Shown here: piece after piece, positions 26,660 to 35,411 of the stretch
Numbering within the stretch: the stretch's first letter is position 1
Layout: each line of letters starts with the position of its first letter
DNA from: a virus
DNA length: 64,000 bases
Strand: one strand, 5' to 3'
Virus record (IMG/VR): IMGVR_UViG_3300028635_000005
Notes under the pieces: model-generated
Seen by the model: the letters and a program-made list of their open reading frames with translations, nothing else
Told to the model about the DNA's origin: nothing
Databases searched by the model: none
Program-made: the position numbers and the translations under genes

Positions 26660-28360
26660 TTAATCTCCTTCGTTTAATTTTTCAATTGTTAAGTCGCTAA
26701 ATCCTGCATTTTTATGTATTTCAATTTTATAGTCAAATTGTTCAATCGGGAGTGGGCTAAAATTAATAACAAATATGTTCATGGCCATTTCTCTCGAAAG
26801 TTTTTGAAGTAATCCTATAATATCATATATGCCATCACCATCAATAGAGGAAAGAACCTCGTCTAACATAAATATATTTAGTCCAGGATATTTATGTTTA
26901 AGCATTCTAATGATTGAAATTAAAACTGCAAGATCTACTCTTTTCTTTTCACCCGTACTCAATGTATCAACACTAATATCAACTCCTAAATGTGACATAT
27001 TAGGCTCAAAATCTGAATCAAATATTAGACGATATGGGAAATGAAGTTCATTAAGAGTATATTCTATTTCTTTATTCAATGTTGGCAAATAACTTTCAAG
27101 AATTTTCTTTTTAACACCGGCATCAGAGTACAATTGTTCTAACACTGTAAGATACTTGTATTCTTCATCGTATTTTAATTTGTCATCTGATTTTTTGATT
27201 AATGATTCTTTATTTTCAGATATAATATTTTGTATGCTTTCAAATTCTGCAGATTTATTTAATTTTAATTTTGTTAACTCAGCCTCAACAAGTTTATATG
27301 ATGTTTGAATTTGAATAATAAAATTATCTATTTTAACAAGTCCTTGATTAACATTTTCAAGAGCCATGTTGTATTTCTGTTCATTTTCTTTTATTAATTC
27401 GATTTCTTTTTCCTCGGTTTTAATATTTTCTTGAAGTTGTTCTTTAATTAAATCGAATCTTGCATCATCAAAAGGAGTAGCACAAGTTGGGCACTTATCT
27501 TGGTTATAAAGATTTATTTGATTTCGAAGATGCTGTAGTTCTTGAGAAACTTTTGCCTTTTGCCTAACAAACACAGTTTGAGATTTTAATATGTCTGCTT
27601 TCTTTGATTCCCATTCTTTCTTTTTATCATAACCTTCTTGAAGTTTAGGCTTGTATTCTTCAAGTTTTGCCGCTAATTCTAAAATCTTTGAACTGTTATC
27701 TTCGTTTAATTTAACTTGAAGTTTTTGAAGTTCTTTAACAGCAACGTCTATATTATTTTTTATTGTAATAATATCTCTGTCAAAAGCATCCATATTAAAT
27801 TTCATATCTCTTAAATCGGATTTAACAAGCTGATTCATCTTGTTAATAATATCCATTGCGAACAATTTATCTATAATGATTCTCTTATCATTAGGGGTCA
27901 TTGAAATAAAAGATTTAAAATCATTAATACTTAATGATATGATGTTCGAGAAGATATGATAGGGCAATCCAGTGACCTCTGTGTCTATATATGTCTGGTA
28001 ATCTACAATGCCAGCTTTTCCAATATCATTATTATCATTGGGTTCCTCGTCTTCTGTATGTTTCCACACAGTAAGGCTTGAAGGTGATAAATTTCGTTCA
28101 ATTGTAACATAAGTTCCGGGCGATGTTTCATTAAGCCCTTTAATGTATCCATGTTTATTTAAGCGATTTGCAATTTCATCTTTCTTGAATTTGTCTAGTT
28201 TTCCATAATAAAGAATTTTTGGGAGGTTAACGAAAAATGATTTCCCATTTCCATTCTTCCCTAACACCATCCAGAGCCCACCTTCATCTGGAAGTTCAAG
28301 TGTCTGAAGTTTATTACCGAATGGCCCGATATTTCTCCAAGAAATTTTATGCAAACGCAT
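26660..28360 (-). CDS. gp46: Recombination ATPase (T4 gp46/Rad50/SbcC-like)
   Basis: GKNGNGKS Walker A, CPTC zinc hook, LSTGEKKR signature, MLDEVL Walker B. Confidence 0.95.
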   Translation of the reverse strand: MRLHKISWRNIGPFGNKLQTLELPDEGGLWMVLGKNGNGKSFFVNLPKILYYGKLDKFKKDEIANRLNKHGYIKGLNETSPGTYVTIERNLSPSSLTVWKHTEDEEPNDNNDIGKAGIVDYQTYIDTEVTGLPYHIFSNIISLSINDFKSFISMTPNDKRIIIDKLFAMDIINKMNQLVKSDLRDMKFNMDAFDRDIITIKNNIDVAVKELQKLQVKLNEDNSSKILELAAKLEEYKPKLQEGYDKKKEWESKKADILKSQTVFVRQKAKVSQELQHLRNQINLYNQDKCPTCATPFDDARFDLIKEQLQENIKTEEKEIELIKENEQKYNMALENVNQGLVKIDNFIIQIQTSYKLVEAELTKLKLNKSAEFESIQNIISENKESLIKKSDDKLKYDEEYKYLTVLEQLYSDAGVKKKILESYLPTLNKEIEYTLNELHFPYRLIFDSDFEPNMSHLGVDISVDTLSTGEKKRVDLAVLISIIRMLKHKYPGLNIFMLDEVLSSIDGDGIYDIIGLLQKLSREMAMNIFVINFSPLPIEQFDYKIEIHKNAGFSDLTIEKLNEGD

Positions 28361-28377
28361 ATTTTACAATTTTTATT

Positions 28378-28521
28378 TTAACTTCTTTTTTGAAAAATTT
28401 TAGACAATTTTATTGAAGAAGTTTTCTTTTTCTTTTTAATTTCTTCAGGAATATAAAGACCTCCGAATTGTGCTAAATCTTCATCGTGAAAAATTACATA
28501 TTTTTTAGATGTTATTTTCAT
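28378..28521 (-). CDS. Small basic protein, 47 aa (not in the ORF track)
   Basis: MKITSKKYVIFHDEDLAQFGGLYIPEEIKKKKKTSSIKLSKIFQKRS fills the gap exactly. Confidence 0.45.
   Translation of the reverse strand: MKITSKKYVIFHDEDLAQFGGLYIPEEIKKKKKTSSIKLSKIFQKRS
28397..28425 (-). promoter_or_regulatory. Middle-type promoter AAAACTT-N16-TAAAAT
   Basis: Upstream of gp46. Confidence 0.55.
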
Positions 28522-28535
28522 TGATTTTCTTTGTC

Positions 28536-29027
28536 TCACTCTTCTTCCTCCTCTGTAAAAATATTTGTAAAAAGATAAGTTACTTCTTCGATCATTTTTT
28601 CTAATGAATCGAAAAATACTGCACGAGGTCTTGCAAGTTTTGTTTGAATGATAACGTCTTGTTTTCTTTCATATTCAGGATCAATTCCTATTAAAGCAAG
28701 TTTTTTACCTGAATTACACCACATTCCCAATTCATATAAAACAATGGGATTCAATGAACCTCTAGAAAACCAAAAGAAAAGAATATCTGCCTCTTTTAGG
28801 TGCTGAAATTCCCACGCAATTTGTTCTTCAGCAGCATTAGGATCATTTATAGGAAAATTCTTTCTTCGAGGCGTATAAACCGTAAGATTTTCTATGTCTT
28901 TTAGTTCATTGACAACATAACTTTGCCAATCTGGGCAATTTGTTATCCCGCCGGCCAAAAACATTTTAACATTTTTGTTATTTTGCACCGAATATATTTC
29001 TTCGGGAGCAGTAATTATTAGTGCCAT
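28536..29027 (-). CDS. Nucleoside 2-deoxyribosyltransferase-like protein
   Basis: MFLAGGITNCPDWQ, QIAWEFQHLKEADILFFWF, PIVLYELG; start reassigned to MALIITAP. Confidence 0.8.
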   Translation of the reverse strand: MALIITAPEEIYSVQNNKNVKMFLAGGITNCPDWQSYVVNELKDIENLTVYTPRRKNFPINDPNAAEEQIAWEFQHLKEADILFFWFSRGSLNPIVLYELGMWCNSGKKLALIGIDPEYERKQDVIIQTKLARPRAVFFDSLEKMIEEVTYLFTNIFTEEEEE

Positions 29028-29031
29028 ACTT

Positions 29032-29463
29032 TTACGATTTTTTTGTTTTCTTTTTAGAGTTTTTATTGTCTTCTTCTGTTTTAACCTTACAGCGAATAAC
29101 AGCCTTAGCTTTAGCAATTAATTCATCTATAGGTGCATTTTCATAACCAAATCGAGCATCGCCTTCCATTAAAATATATAAATCCTCTCCTATAGTATCT
29201 GCTACATTTTTTAAGTTATCAAAATCTAAATTTACATTTAAGTCGCCATACCAAACCTTCCCATGAGTTTTAGTTATAACATTTGCATTAAATATAACAA
29301 GATCTCCTTGATGTTCTACGCAATATTGCCCTTTAGAAGCTGCAATCATTCTTCCTAACATTAACCCATTAGTTGCAAATATTACATAACAATCTGGGTC
29401 AGATTCAAATTCAGAAGGAAAGACTGGACGACCAACAGGTTCATTTATTTTCTTTTTCTTCAT
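29032..29463 (-). CDS. Hypothetical protein
   Basis: 143-aa ORF with promoter. Confidence 0.7.
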   Translation of the reverse strand: MKKKKINEPVGRPVFPSEFESDPDCYVIFATNGLMLGRMIAASKGQYCVEHQGDLVIFNANVITKTHGKVWYGDLNVNLDFDNLKNVADTIGEDLYILMEGDARFGYENAPIDELIAKAKAVIRCKVKTEEDNKNSKKKTKKS

Positions 29464-29480
29464 TACAATATCCTTTTTAT

Positions 29481-29509
29481 TTTATATAATTAATTTAAAC
29501 CCCAGTTTT
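29481..29509 (-). promoter_or_regulatory. Middle-type promoter AAAACTG-N16-TATAAA
   Basis: One mismatch in the -35 element. Confidence 0.55.
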
Positions 29510-29519
29510 ATCGATCTTG

Positions 29520-30632
29520 TTATTCGACATCTTCACGACTGGCTCTTTCATAATAGCGTCTATTCATTAATTTCAATTTAACAAGAATCTCAGCTTGATG
29601 TCCCAAATCTTCAATGCTTAATTCAAGCAATGAAAGTATGTCTCTTATGTCTACTCCTTCTGCAAGTTCAGTAATTTCATCTTCAAACTTTTTTCTTTCA
29701 GTTGCAGCTTCAATTTTCTTATATTTACATTCTTTTATTATATCTAAGAATCGAGTAAGATTAAATGTATGAACATATTTATCAGGAACTATAATATCAG
29801 TGTAATTATTGTTTAGTAGTTTTACAGTATTATTTAAAGAAAGATCTAAAATATACTCAAGAGTAACACGTTGAAATAAGGGAGAATAATTATTTTCAAT
29901 AAATTCAAAAGTATTTTCATTTGGGTTAAAAATATATATGCCCTTAGTATTTCCAATATCACTGCGTTTCATATGATACGGAGATCCTATATACACGATA
30001 TTGGCTAATTCTTGTCTTTTATGTATATGTCCTGAAAAAACTCTTTTAATGTTTCGAAATTTTCTAAAGTCTACTGAAGTTGATTTAATTTCACGTCCAT
30101 TATCATATTTAAAACCCATTATTTCAGAATGTGCAAATATATAATCAAATTTGTTTGCCCGAGCATAGTTTTCTTCAGATTCTTTATTTCCTATCCAAGG
30201 CAATATTAATATTTTGTTGTTATTGTTTGTAAGAATAGTAGGTTTTTGATAAATACTTACGTTAGGAATATGACGAAATGCCACTATCGAGTTAACATCT
30301 GTGTTATATTTTTTATAAATATCATGATTCCCTGTTAAAAAATACACTGGCAATATCTCCGATAATTCGATAACAATATCTATGGATGTATTCATTACGT
30401 AAATATCCAGCAATTGCCTATTATCGAACCAGTCACCAAGAATAAAAAGTATGTCCCCTTCTTTATAATTTTTCTTAAGATAGGGAATATAAAAATCTTG
30501 AAAAAATGATTTTTGATTTTGAAGCCACTCTAGTGAATTTGCACGAACGCCAAAGTGTAAGTCTGATAATAAAAATATTCGGTTGTATGGTATGTATTCT
30601 GTATCAAGTTTATATTGTTTTAAATTACTCAT
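29520..30632 (-). CDS. gp47: Recombination nuclease (T4 gp47/Mre11/SbcD-like)
   Basis: LSDLHFG, ILGDWFD, TGNHD, FAHSE, FSGHIH, YIGSPY. Confidence 0.95.
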   Translation of the reverse strand: MSNLKQYKLDTEYIPYNRIFLLSDLHFGVRANSLEWLQNQKSFFQDFYIPYLKKNYKEGDILFILGDWFDNRQLLDIYVMNTSIDIVIELSEILPVYFLTGNHDIYKKYNTDVNSIVAFRHIPNVSIYQKPTILTNNNNKILILPWIGNKESEENYARANKFDYIFAHSEIMGFKYDNGREIKSTSVDFRKFRNIKRVFSGHIHKRQELANIVYIGSPYHMKRSDIGNTKGIYIFNPNENTFEFIENNYSPLFQRVTLEYILDLSLNNTVKLLNNNYTDIIVPDKYVHTFNLTRFLDIIKECKYKKIEAATERKKFEDEITELAEGVDIRDILSLLELSIEDLGHQAEILVKLKLMNRRYYERASREDVE

Positions 30633-30647
30633 AAAAATATTTTATTT

Positions 30648-31100
30648 TTAAAATAATCTTTTTGTTTTAATTTTATTTGCCAATCCGTATTTATCGTTTA
30701 ATTCACGAAGCAAACCTTCTTTATCTAAAACTCCAATCTCAGAATACAATTGTGTGTAATTAATATCAAAAAATTCGGCAAAGGCAATAAAAATTTCCAT
30801 GTTTGTAAATTGCCGTCTCTTTAAAAGTTCTTCCTTAAAGTAGTAATACATTTTTACTCTGTCATTACTATCAGCTTTTTTACGTTTACGATATTTTTCA
30901 TAATAGATAGACGATTTAAAAATGTCAAACATTTCATTGTCTAACATTTTTATGATCCTATTTTCAACAATGTTATCTCCTAATTGATCTTCGTATAAAT
31001 GAAAAACACTGCCTTCTACTTTAATCGTTGAGCCAAAATCTTCTCCTACGTGTTCATCTTCAATAAACGACATTTCGGCTTTAGTTCCTTCCTTTTTCAT
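30648..31100 (-). CDS. Hypothetical protein, possibly gp33-like late coactivator
   Basis: C-terminal MEIFIAFAEFFDINYTQLYSEIGVLDKEGLLREL resembles the gp33 helical pattern; weak similarity. Confidence 0.4.
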   Translation of the reverse strand: MKKEGTKAEMSFIEDEHVGEDFGSTIKVEGSVFHLYEDQLGDNIVENRIIKMLDNEMFDIFKSSIYYEKYRKRKKADSNDRVKMYYYFKEELLKRRQFTNMEIFIAFAEFFDINYTQLYSEIGVLDKEGLLRELNDKYGLANKIKTKRLF

Positions 31101-31111
31101 GTTTTATATAT

Positions 31112-32602
31112 TTAAAATAAATTAGATCCTGTAACGTTTATATTTTTAAAATCGGGATTTTCTGAAGCCTGAGGTTCAAGTGCTGATATATTGGCATTTA
31201 TAGCAGAATGAATGTCTATAGATCGTTCTTTGTTTTGTTCTTGACCTCTTGGTTGTTTTTGTCCTGAGCGAAAGTTATTTATAAAAAATTCCAAATCTTC
31301 AATACGTGCATTACTATCTTCTTCAATTCGAGCATACGGCCATTCCATTATAAACTTTTTTCGTGTATTTTCATATCCTGCGACACGATTTGCTAAACAT
31401 TTAAGATAATATTCACCGGCCGCTTTCATTTCAGCAGTTGTAATAATTCCAAAAAGAATATCTGTTGTATGTAATAGTCCTGCAGATTCAGCAATTGAGC
31501 CTAATCCCAAATCGTCATTTTCCCAGCCTGACCGATTCGTCTGGGTCACGGTTATAATCGCCCAATCATTTTCTTGACCCATTGCACGTATATCTTCAGA
31601 AATTTGTTTTATCTTAAGATACGTATTTTCTGAATTAGGATTTCTCCAATTTCTCATGATATTAATGTAATCAATATAAACATTATCAAACTTAAGTCCT
31701 AAAGTTTCTTGGGCTTTTTTCAAGTATGCTGAAATATCATTGGCTGAAGCAGATGCTGTTGGGAATTCTTTAACATGCAATTCACCTAATGGTTGTAAAT
31801 AATGGCGTTGTTTAAGTGTTCCCAGTTTCTGTTTTAATAATGCCTGATCTTTTGTAAAGTTCTCATAATTATCTAATTGCACGTTTAAAAGATTTGCACC
31901 AATACGCATATGAACCAATTCTTCTTGAAGTTCTAATGTTATATATGCTGTATTATACCCATTTAACACTGATTTTGCGGCTAAGTTACACAACCACATC
32001 GATTTTCCAGCTTTTGGCATCCCAAAAAGGACCATCAGCATTCCTTTCCAATATCCGCCTTTAGTACATATATCAATGTAATTATATCCCGAAGTTGTCC
32101 TTGCCAATCGAGTTTGTAAGTGAGATGTTGGGTCAAAGAAACTTGTTCCGAGATTAAACGAAAAGTCAATAGCAGTTTCTGTCGAAAGCATATGACGTAT
32201 TTTCTCAACAACTTCACCGGCATTATCAGCTGTAACTGCAGTTGTCTTCATATACGCAATTGCTTTACGCATAACGTTATCCAAGTTACGAACCTGGATC
32301 CAGGGACCTACGTTATCTTCTAACCATTCATCTCCGTATTGTGTTAAAAGTTGTTTTGCATTGTATAATGATGATATAAGGTCATCAGGATATTTTTCAC
32401 TTAGTCCTTGTAACTGAACCAATTGAATCATTTGTTCCTTTGAAGGAGCTTCTTTATATCTTAAGGCATGTGTTTTAGCAATTTTAAAAAGTTCTCTAAT
32501 GTTTGCATTCATAAAGAACTCCGGCTTTGTCGTATTAAGAAAAATTTGATTGCCTAAGATATAATGATAAAAAACTTGTTCCTGAAATGAAGTAACACTC
32601 AT
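31112..32602 (-). CDS. gp41: Replicative helicase (T4 gp41/DnaB-like)
   Basis: GMPKAGKS, YITLELQEE, YIDYINIM, TVTQTNR, IAESAGLLHTTD. Confidence 0.93.
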   Translation of the reverse strand: MSVTSFQEQVFYHYILGNQIFLNTTKPEFFMNANIRELFKIAKTHALRYKEAPSKEQMIQLVQLQGLSEKYPDDLISSLYNAKQLLTQYGDEWLEDNVGPWIQVRNLDNVMRKAIAYMKTTAVTADNAGEVVEKIRHMLSTETAIDFSFNLGTSFFDPTSHLQTRLARTTSGYNYIDICTKGGYWKGMLMVLFGMPKAGKSMWLCNLAAKSVLNGYNTAYITLELQEELVHMRIGANLLNVQLDNYENFTKDQALLKQKLGTLKQRHYLQPLGELHVKEFPTASASANDISAYLKKAQETLGLKFDNVYIDYINIMRNWRNPNSENTYLKIKQISEDIRAMGQENDWAIITVTQTNRSGWENDDLGLGSIAESAGLLHTTDILFGIITTAEMKAAGEYYLKCLANRVAGYENTRKKFIMEWPYARIEEDSNARIEDLEFFINNFRSGQKQPRGQEQNKERSIDIHSAINANISALEPQASENPDFKNINVTGSNLF

Positions 32603-32621
32603 TGTTTAAAATAATTTTGTT

Positions 32622-32912
32622 TTATATCTCTTTTTCCCATAAATGTTTTACTACACGATAATTTGAGTACTTTACTCGTTCTAAGTATCCCATTTCAACC
32701 AACCTATCCAAATCATCTGAAAGGGATTTTAAAATTCTTGTTCGTGTTTTAAAATATGCTTCCTTGGGCTTAAATTGTGATGTTTCTGGATCATATCTTC
32801 GTTCTTCGTCTAAAAAATAAACAATTTCAAATAAAAGATCTTCGTGGGTTGGTTCTTCGATAATTCCCATAAGATTTTTAATTTTTACATTTGATATATC
32901 AAGGGGCTTCAT
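32622..32912 (-). CDS. Hypothetical protein (possible winged helix)
   Basis: DLDRLVEMGYLERVKYSNYRV wing-like end. Confidence 0.55.
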   Translation of the reverse strand: MKPLDISNVKIKNLMGIIEEPTHEDLLFEIVYFLDEERRYDPETSQFKPKEAYFKTRTRILKSLSDDLDRLVEMGYLERVKYSNYRVVKHLWEKEI

Positions 32913-32928
32913 ATAAAAATGGTTTATT

Positions 32929-32957
32929 TTTATAAATCAAAAAGGGTCTGAAGTTTT
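32929..32957 (-). promoter_or_regulatory. Middle-type promoter AAAACTT-N16-TATAAA
   Basis: Heads the 32912-gp41 operon; overlaps terminator. Confidence 0.65.
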
Positions 32958-32969
32958 ATTCCAGACCTT
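32939..32969 (-). terminator. Intrinsic terminator
   Basis: AAGGTCTG/CAGACCCTT stem plus U-tract. Confidence 0.65.
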
Positions 32970-32993
32970 AAATAACTGTTAAATAGAAGATGT

Positions 32994-34877
32994 TTATATC
33001 TCCGGAACTTCGAAATTATCAAGTTCAGAAATATCAACTTCATTATCAATGTTAGGATCTCCCATTTCAGCCCCGTCTAAAAGATCTCCAGATACCTCTG
33101 CTAAGTCCTCAAGAGATTCTATGCTTGGAAGCATGAATGTTTTCTTTATAATATTGTCATCAAGTTGTTTAAGAATTTCAGGTGTAAAGACTTTATCAGT
33201 ATAAAGTTCTGAGATAGGAATTTCACCCTTAAGATGTTTGCATACAAGTTTTCTGGCAGTGTCTTTAGGCATTGCATATGCAATTTTTCCATCTTCAGTT
33301 TCAAATTCATAACATTTTTTCTTATCCACATCTGAAAGTTTTGCGTAATCTTTTTCAGATATCATGTTACCGCGTATAATGCCACAGGTTTCCCAGTTAA
33401 CAAATTTTTCAAGACCCACATAAGGGTTTGGTTTTTTATAGAATGGGATATGAATCTGAACTTTAATAGGACGAGCAAATCTTTGTTTATAGGGAGTAAC
33501 TGTAATAACAACACCTATTCTTGTGGCATCAATACCGCGTTTTTTAACATGTTCCTCAGAGTCTTTATCAGTTAACTTTGATTTTGTAAGCATAAATATG
33601 ATAGATGCATTAAATTGAGCACCACCTCCACCAGATATGGTTTGCCCAGGAATATAAGAGCCTATCGATGAATACGTGTGATTCGCTATTATGAACGGGA
33701 TTCCGTTTTTAGCAAAATCATTTCCAATAACTCTAAACATTCTACGAATAGATTGTTGTTTAGTCATGTCTCTTTTGTCAGAGCCAGATGTTGTATCAGT
33801 TTTTTCCTTTATTGAAGATAAGTTTCCAAGCGAATCAAGAACAACTATAATTTTAGGAGGAATTTTCCCTTGATTACGAATTTCGTTTATAGATTCATTT
33901 AATTTTGCAGTTAATGTGGCAAATTCTTCAACAGTGTTTACGTTTTCAATACGAAATTTTGAAGTATCAATTCCCAGGCGTTTAACAAAATCAACATCTA
34001 TTGAACCTTCTGAATCATAATAAATAGGAAAATAATCCATTGCTTGAGCATTACGAACAATGGAACATGCTAAATACGTTTTTCCTGTGTTATGACTGCT
34101 TAGTCCATTGCCCGACCAATAACGATGATTATCGTGAAGTACCTCAAAATCATATACTTCCTCTAATTTTTTGTATTTCTTAATTTTATTAACTTTTCTA
34201 TACCCCTCCTTTGTAAGAATATAATCTTCCTTTGTTATGTCTTTTGCAAATTTCCATCCTAAAGAAGTTTCAAACTTATGATCCTCAGAACATTTTGTTC
34301 TATAATTACTTTTAGTTTTAATTAAATAAATTTGTCTTGGCGATTTAATATAAAATTCGCCAACCTCGTTAAAACCGTCGGGGGTATTTATCAAAAATGC
34401 TATATCACCATAATTATCAATTAATTCTTTAATTTTAATTTTTTGAGAATTTGTTTTTGCGTATTCATTAAATTTCTTTAAAAGATATTCATCTGTACAT
34501 TCATTCAACGGTTTTTCTAAAAATGCATCCAATTTATCTTTAAATACATATTTTAACTCTTGGACAATATCTAAATTGTTTGTTTGAGATACATTGCTCT
34601 TAAAAACATATATCTCAACTTCTTCATTTTTGTGTAAACAACCAGTTTCTCCAGCCAACATTAACGATCTTCTGTTTGGCATTCCTCCGAATAAAGATCC
34701 ACTTAAAGCTGCATTAAGAATATAAGAACCTGTGGGTATCCACTCATCAATTTTTGCATATATACTATCTTCTATAATTGCTCCATCGGGACTAAATTTA
34801 GAGAGCATATCATTAAGTTCTAAAAATGAACTTCTTTTATCGTCAGAAGACTTCTTAGGTGACATTTTTTTAGCCAT
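32994..34877 (-). CDS. uvsX: UvsX/RecA recombinase with intein
   Basis: IPTGSYILN, spliced Walker A GETG|TGKT, YYDSEGS, VLDSLGNL, IANHTY, SGGGGAQFNASII. Confidence 0.95.
   Translation of the reverse strand: MAKKMSPKKSSDDKRSSFLELNDMLSKFSPDGAIIEDSIYAKIDEWIPTGSYILNAALSGSLFGGMPNRRSLMLAGETGCLHKNEEVEIYVFKSNVSQTNNLDIVQELKYVFKDKLDAFLEKPLNECTDEYLLKKFNEYAKTNSQKIKIKELIDNYGDIAFLINTPDGFNEVGEFYIKSPRQIYLIKTKSNYRTKCSEDHKFETSLGWKFAKDITKEDYILTKEGYRKVNKIKKYKKLEEVYDFEVLHDNHRYWSGNGLSSHNTGKTYLACSIVRNAQAMDYFPIYYDSEGSIDVDFVKRLGIDTSKFRIENVNTVEEFATLTAKLNESINEIRNQGKIPPKIIVVLDSLGNLSSIKEKTDTTSGSDKRDMTKQQSIRRMFRVIGNDFAKNGIPFIIANHTYSSIGSYIPGQTISGGGGAQFNASIIFMLTKSKLTDKDSEEHVKKRGIDATRIGVVITVTPYKQRFARPIKVQIHIPFYKKPNPYVGLEKFVNWETCGIIRGNMISEKDYAKLSDVDKKKCYEFETEDGKIAYAMPKDTARKLVCKHLKGEIPISELYTDKVFTPEILKQLDDNIIKKTFMLPSIESLEDLAEVSGDLLDGAEMGDPNIDNEVDISELDNFEVPEI
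34089..34640 (-). mobile_element. Mini-intein (184 aa) in the UvsX P-loop
   Basis: Starts CLHKNEEV, block B CSEDHKF, ends VYDFEV..GLSSHN, followed by Thr; no LAGLIDADG. Confidence 0.93.
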
Positions 34878-34900
34878 AAACGAATATTTTATTTTTATTT

Positions 34901-34929
34901 ATTTTATTCGAATATGGCTAAAAAGTTTT
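34901..34929 (-). promoter_or_regulatory. Middle-type promoter AAAACTT-N16-TAAAAT
   Basis: Upstream of uvsX. Confidence 0.6.
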
Positions 34930-34954
34930 CAAATAGTGTCTATAAATAATTATA

Positions 34955-35353
34955 TCAATCTAAATAGTTTAACAATGTTTGGAATCTCCAGAAAATTCTC
35001 TTTTCTGCCTCTTTCTTTGTTAAAAATCCTGCCCAATCAATCTCGGATTTATCAAGCTTAGTTATCTTAATAGGCTTAGATAATTTTATGACAAAAAAGT
35101 AAACTCTTTTATAAAGTTTTCCTCTTTCATCTATATAATTTATGTATCCTTCATCTGAAATAGGGGTTTTCTCAATATCTATAAAAACACCAATTTCTTC
35201 TTTTGTTTCTCGGATAGCAGCATCAAGAATTTCTTCGTCTTTTTCGACATGTCCTTTTGGAAATGAATAAGAGTTCCACCATTTTTGACCAGTTGGGTGG
35301 CATAAAAGAATTTTGTTGTCTGCAATAAGAACAAGACCAGCTGAAATAGTCAT
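34955..35353 (-). CDS. NUDIX hydrolase
   Basis: FPKGHVEKDEEILDAAIRETKEEIG Nudix box. Confidence 0.93.
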   Translation of the reverse strand: MTISAGLVLIADNKILLCHPTGQKWWNSYSFPKGHVEKDEEILDAAIRETKEEIGVFIDIEKTPISDEGYINYIDERGKLYKRVYFFVIKLSKPIKITKLDKSEIDWAGFLTKKEAEKRIFWRFQTLLNYLD

Positions 35354-35372
35354 TCTATATAATCATTTTAGT

Positions 35373-35387
35373 TAAATATAAACAAAA
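35373..35387 (-). promoter_or_regulatory. Early (host-sigma-type) promoter core
   Basis: TTTTGTTTATATTTA. Confidence 0.5.
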
Positions 35388-35411
35388 TTTTTGAGAAATA
35401 AAAACATATTT

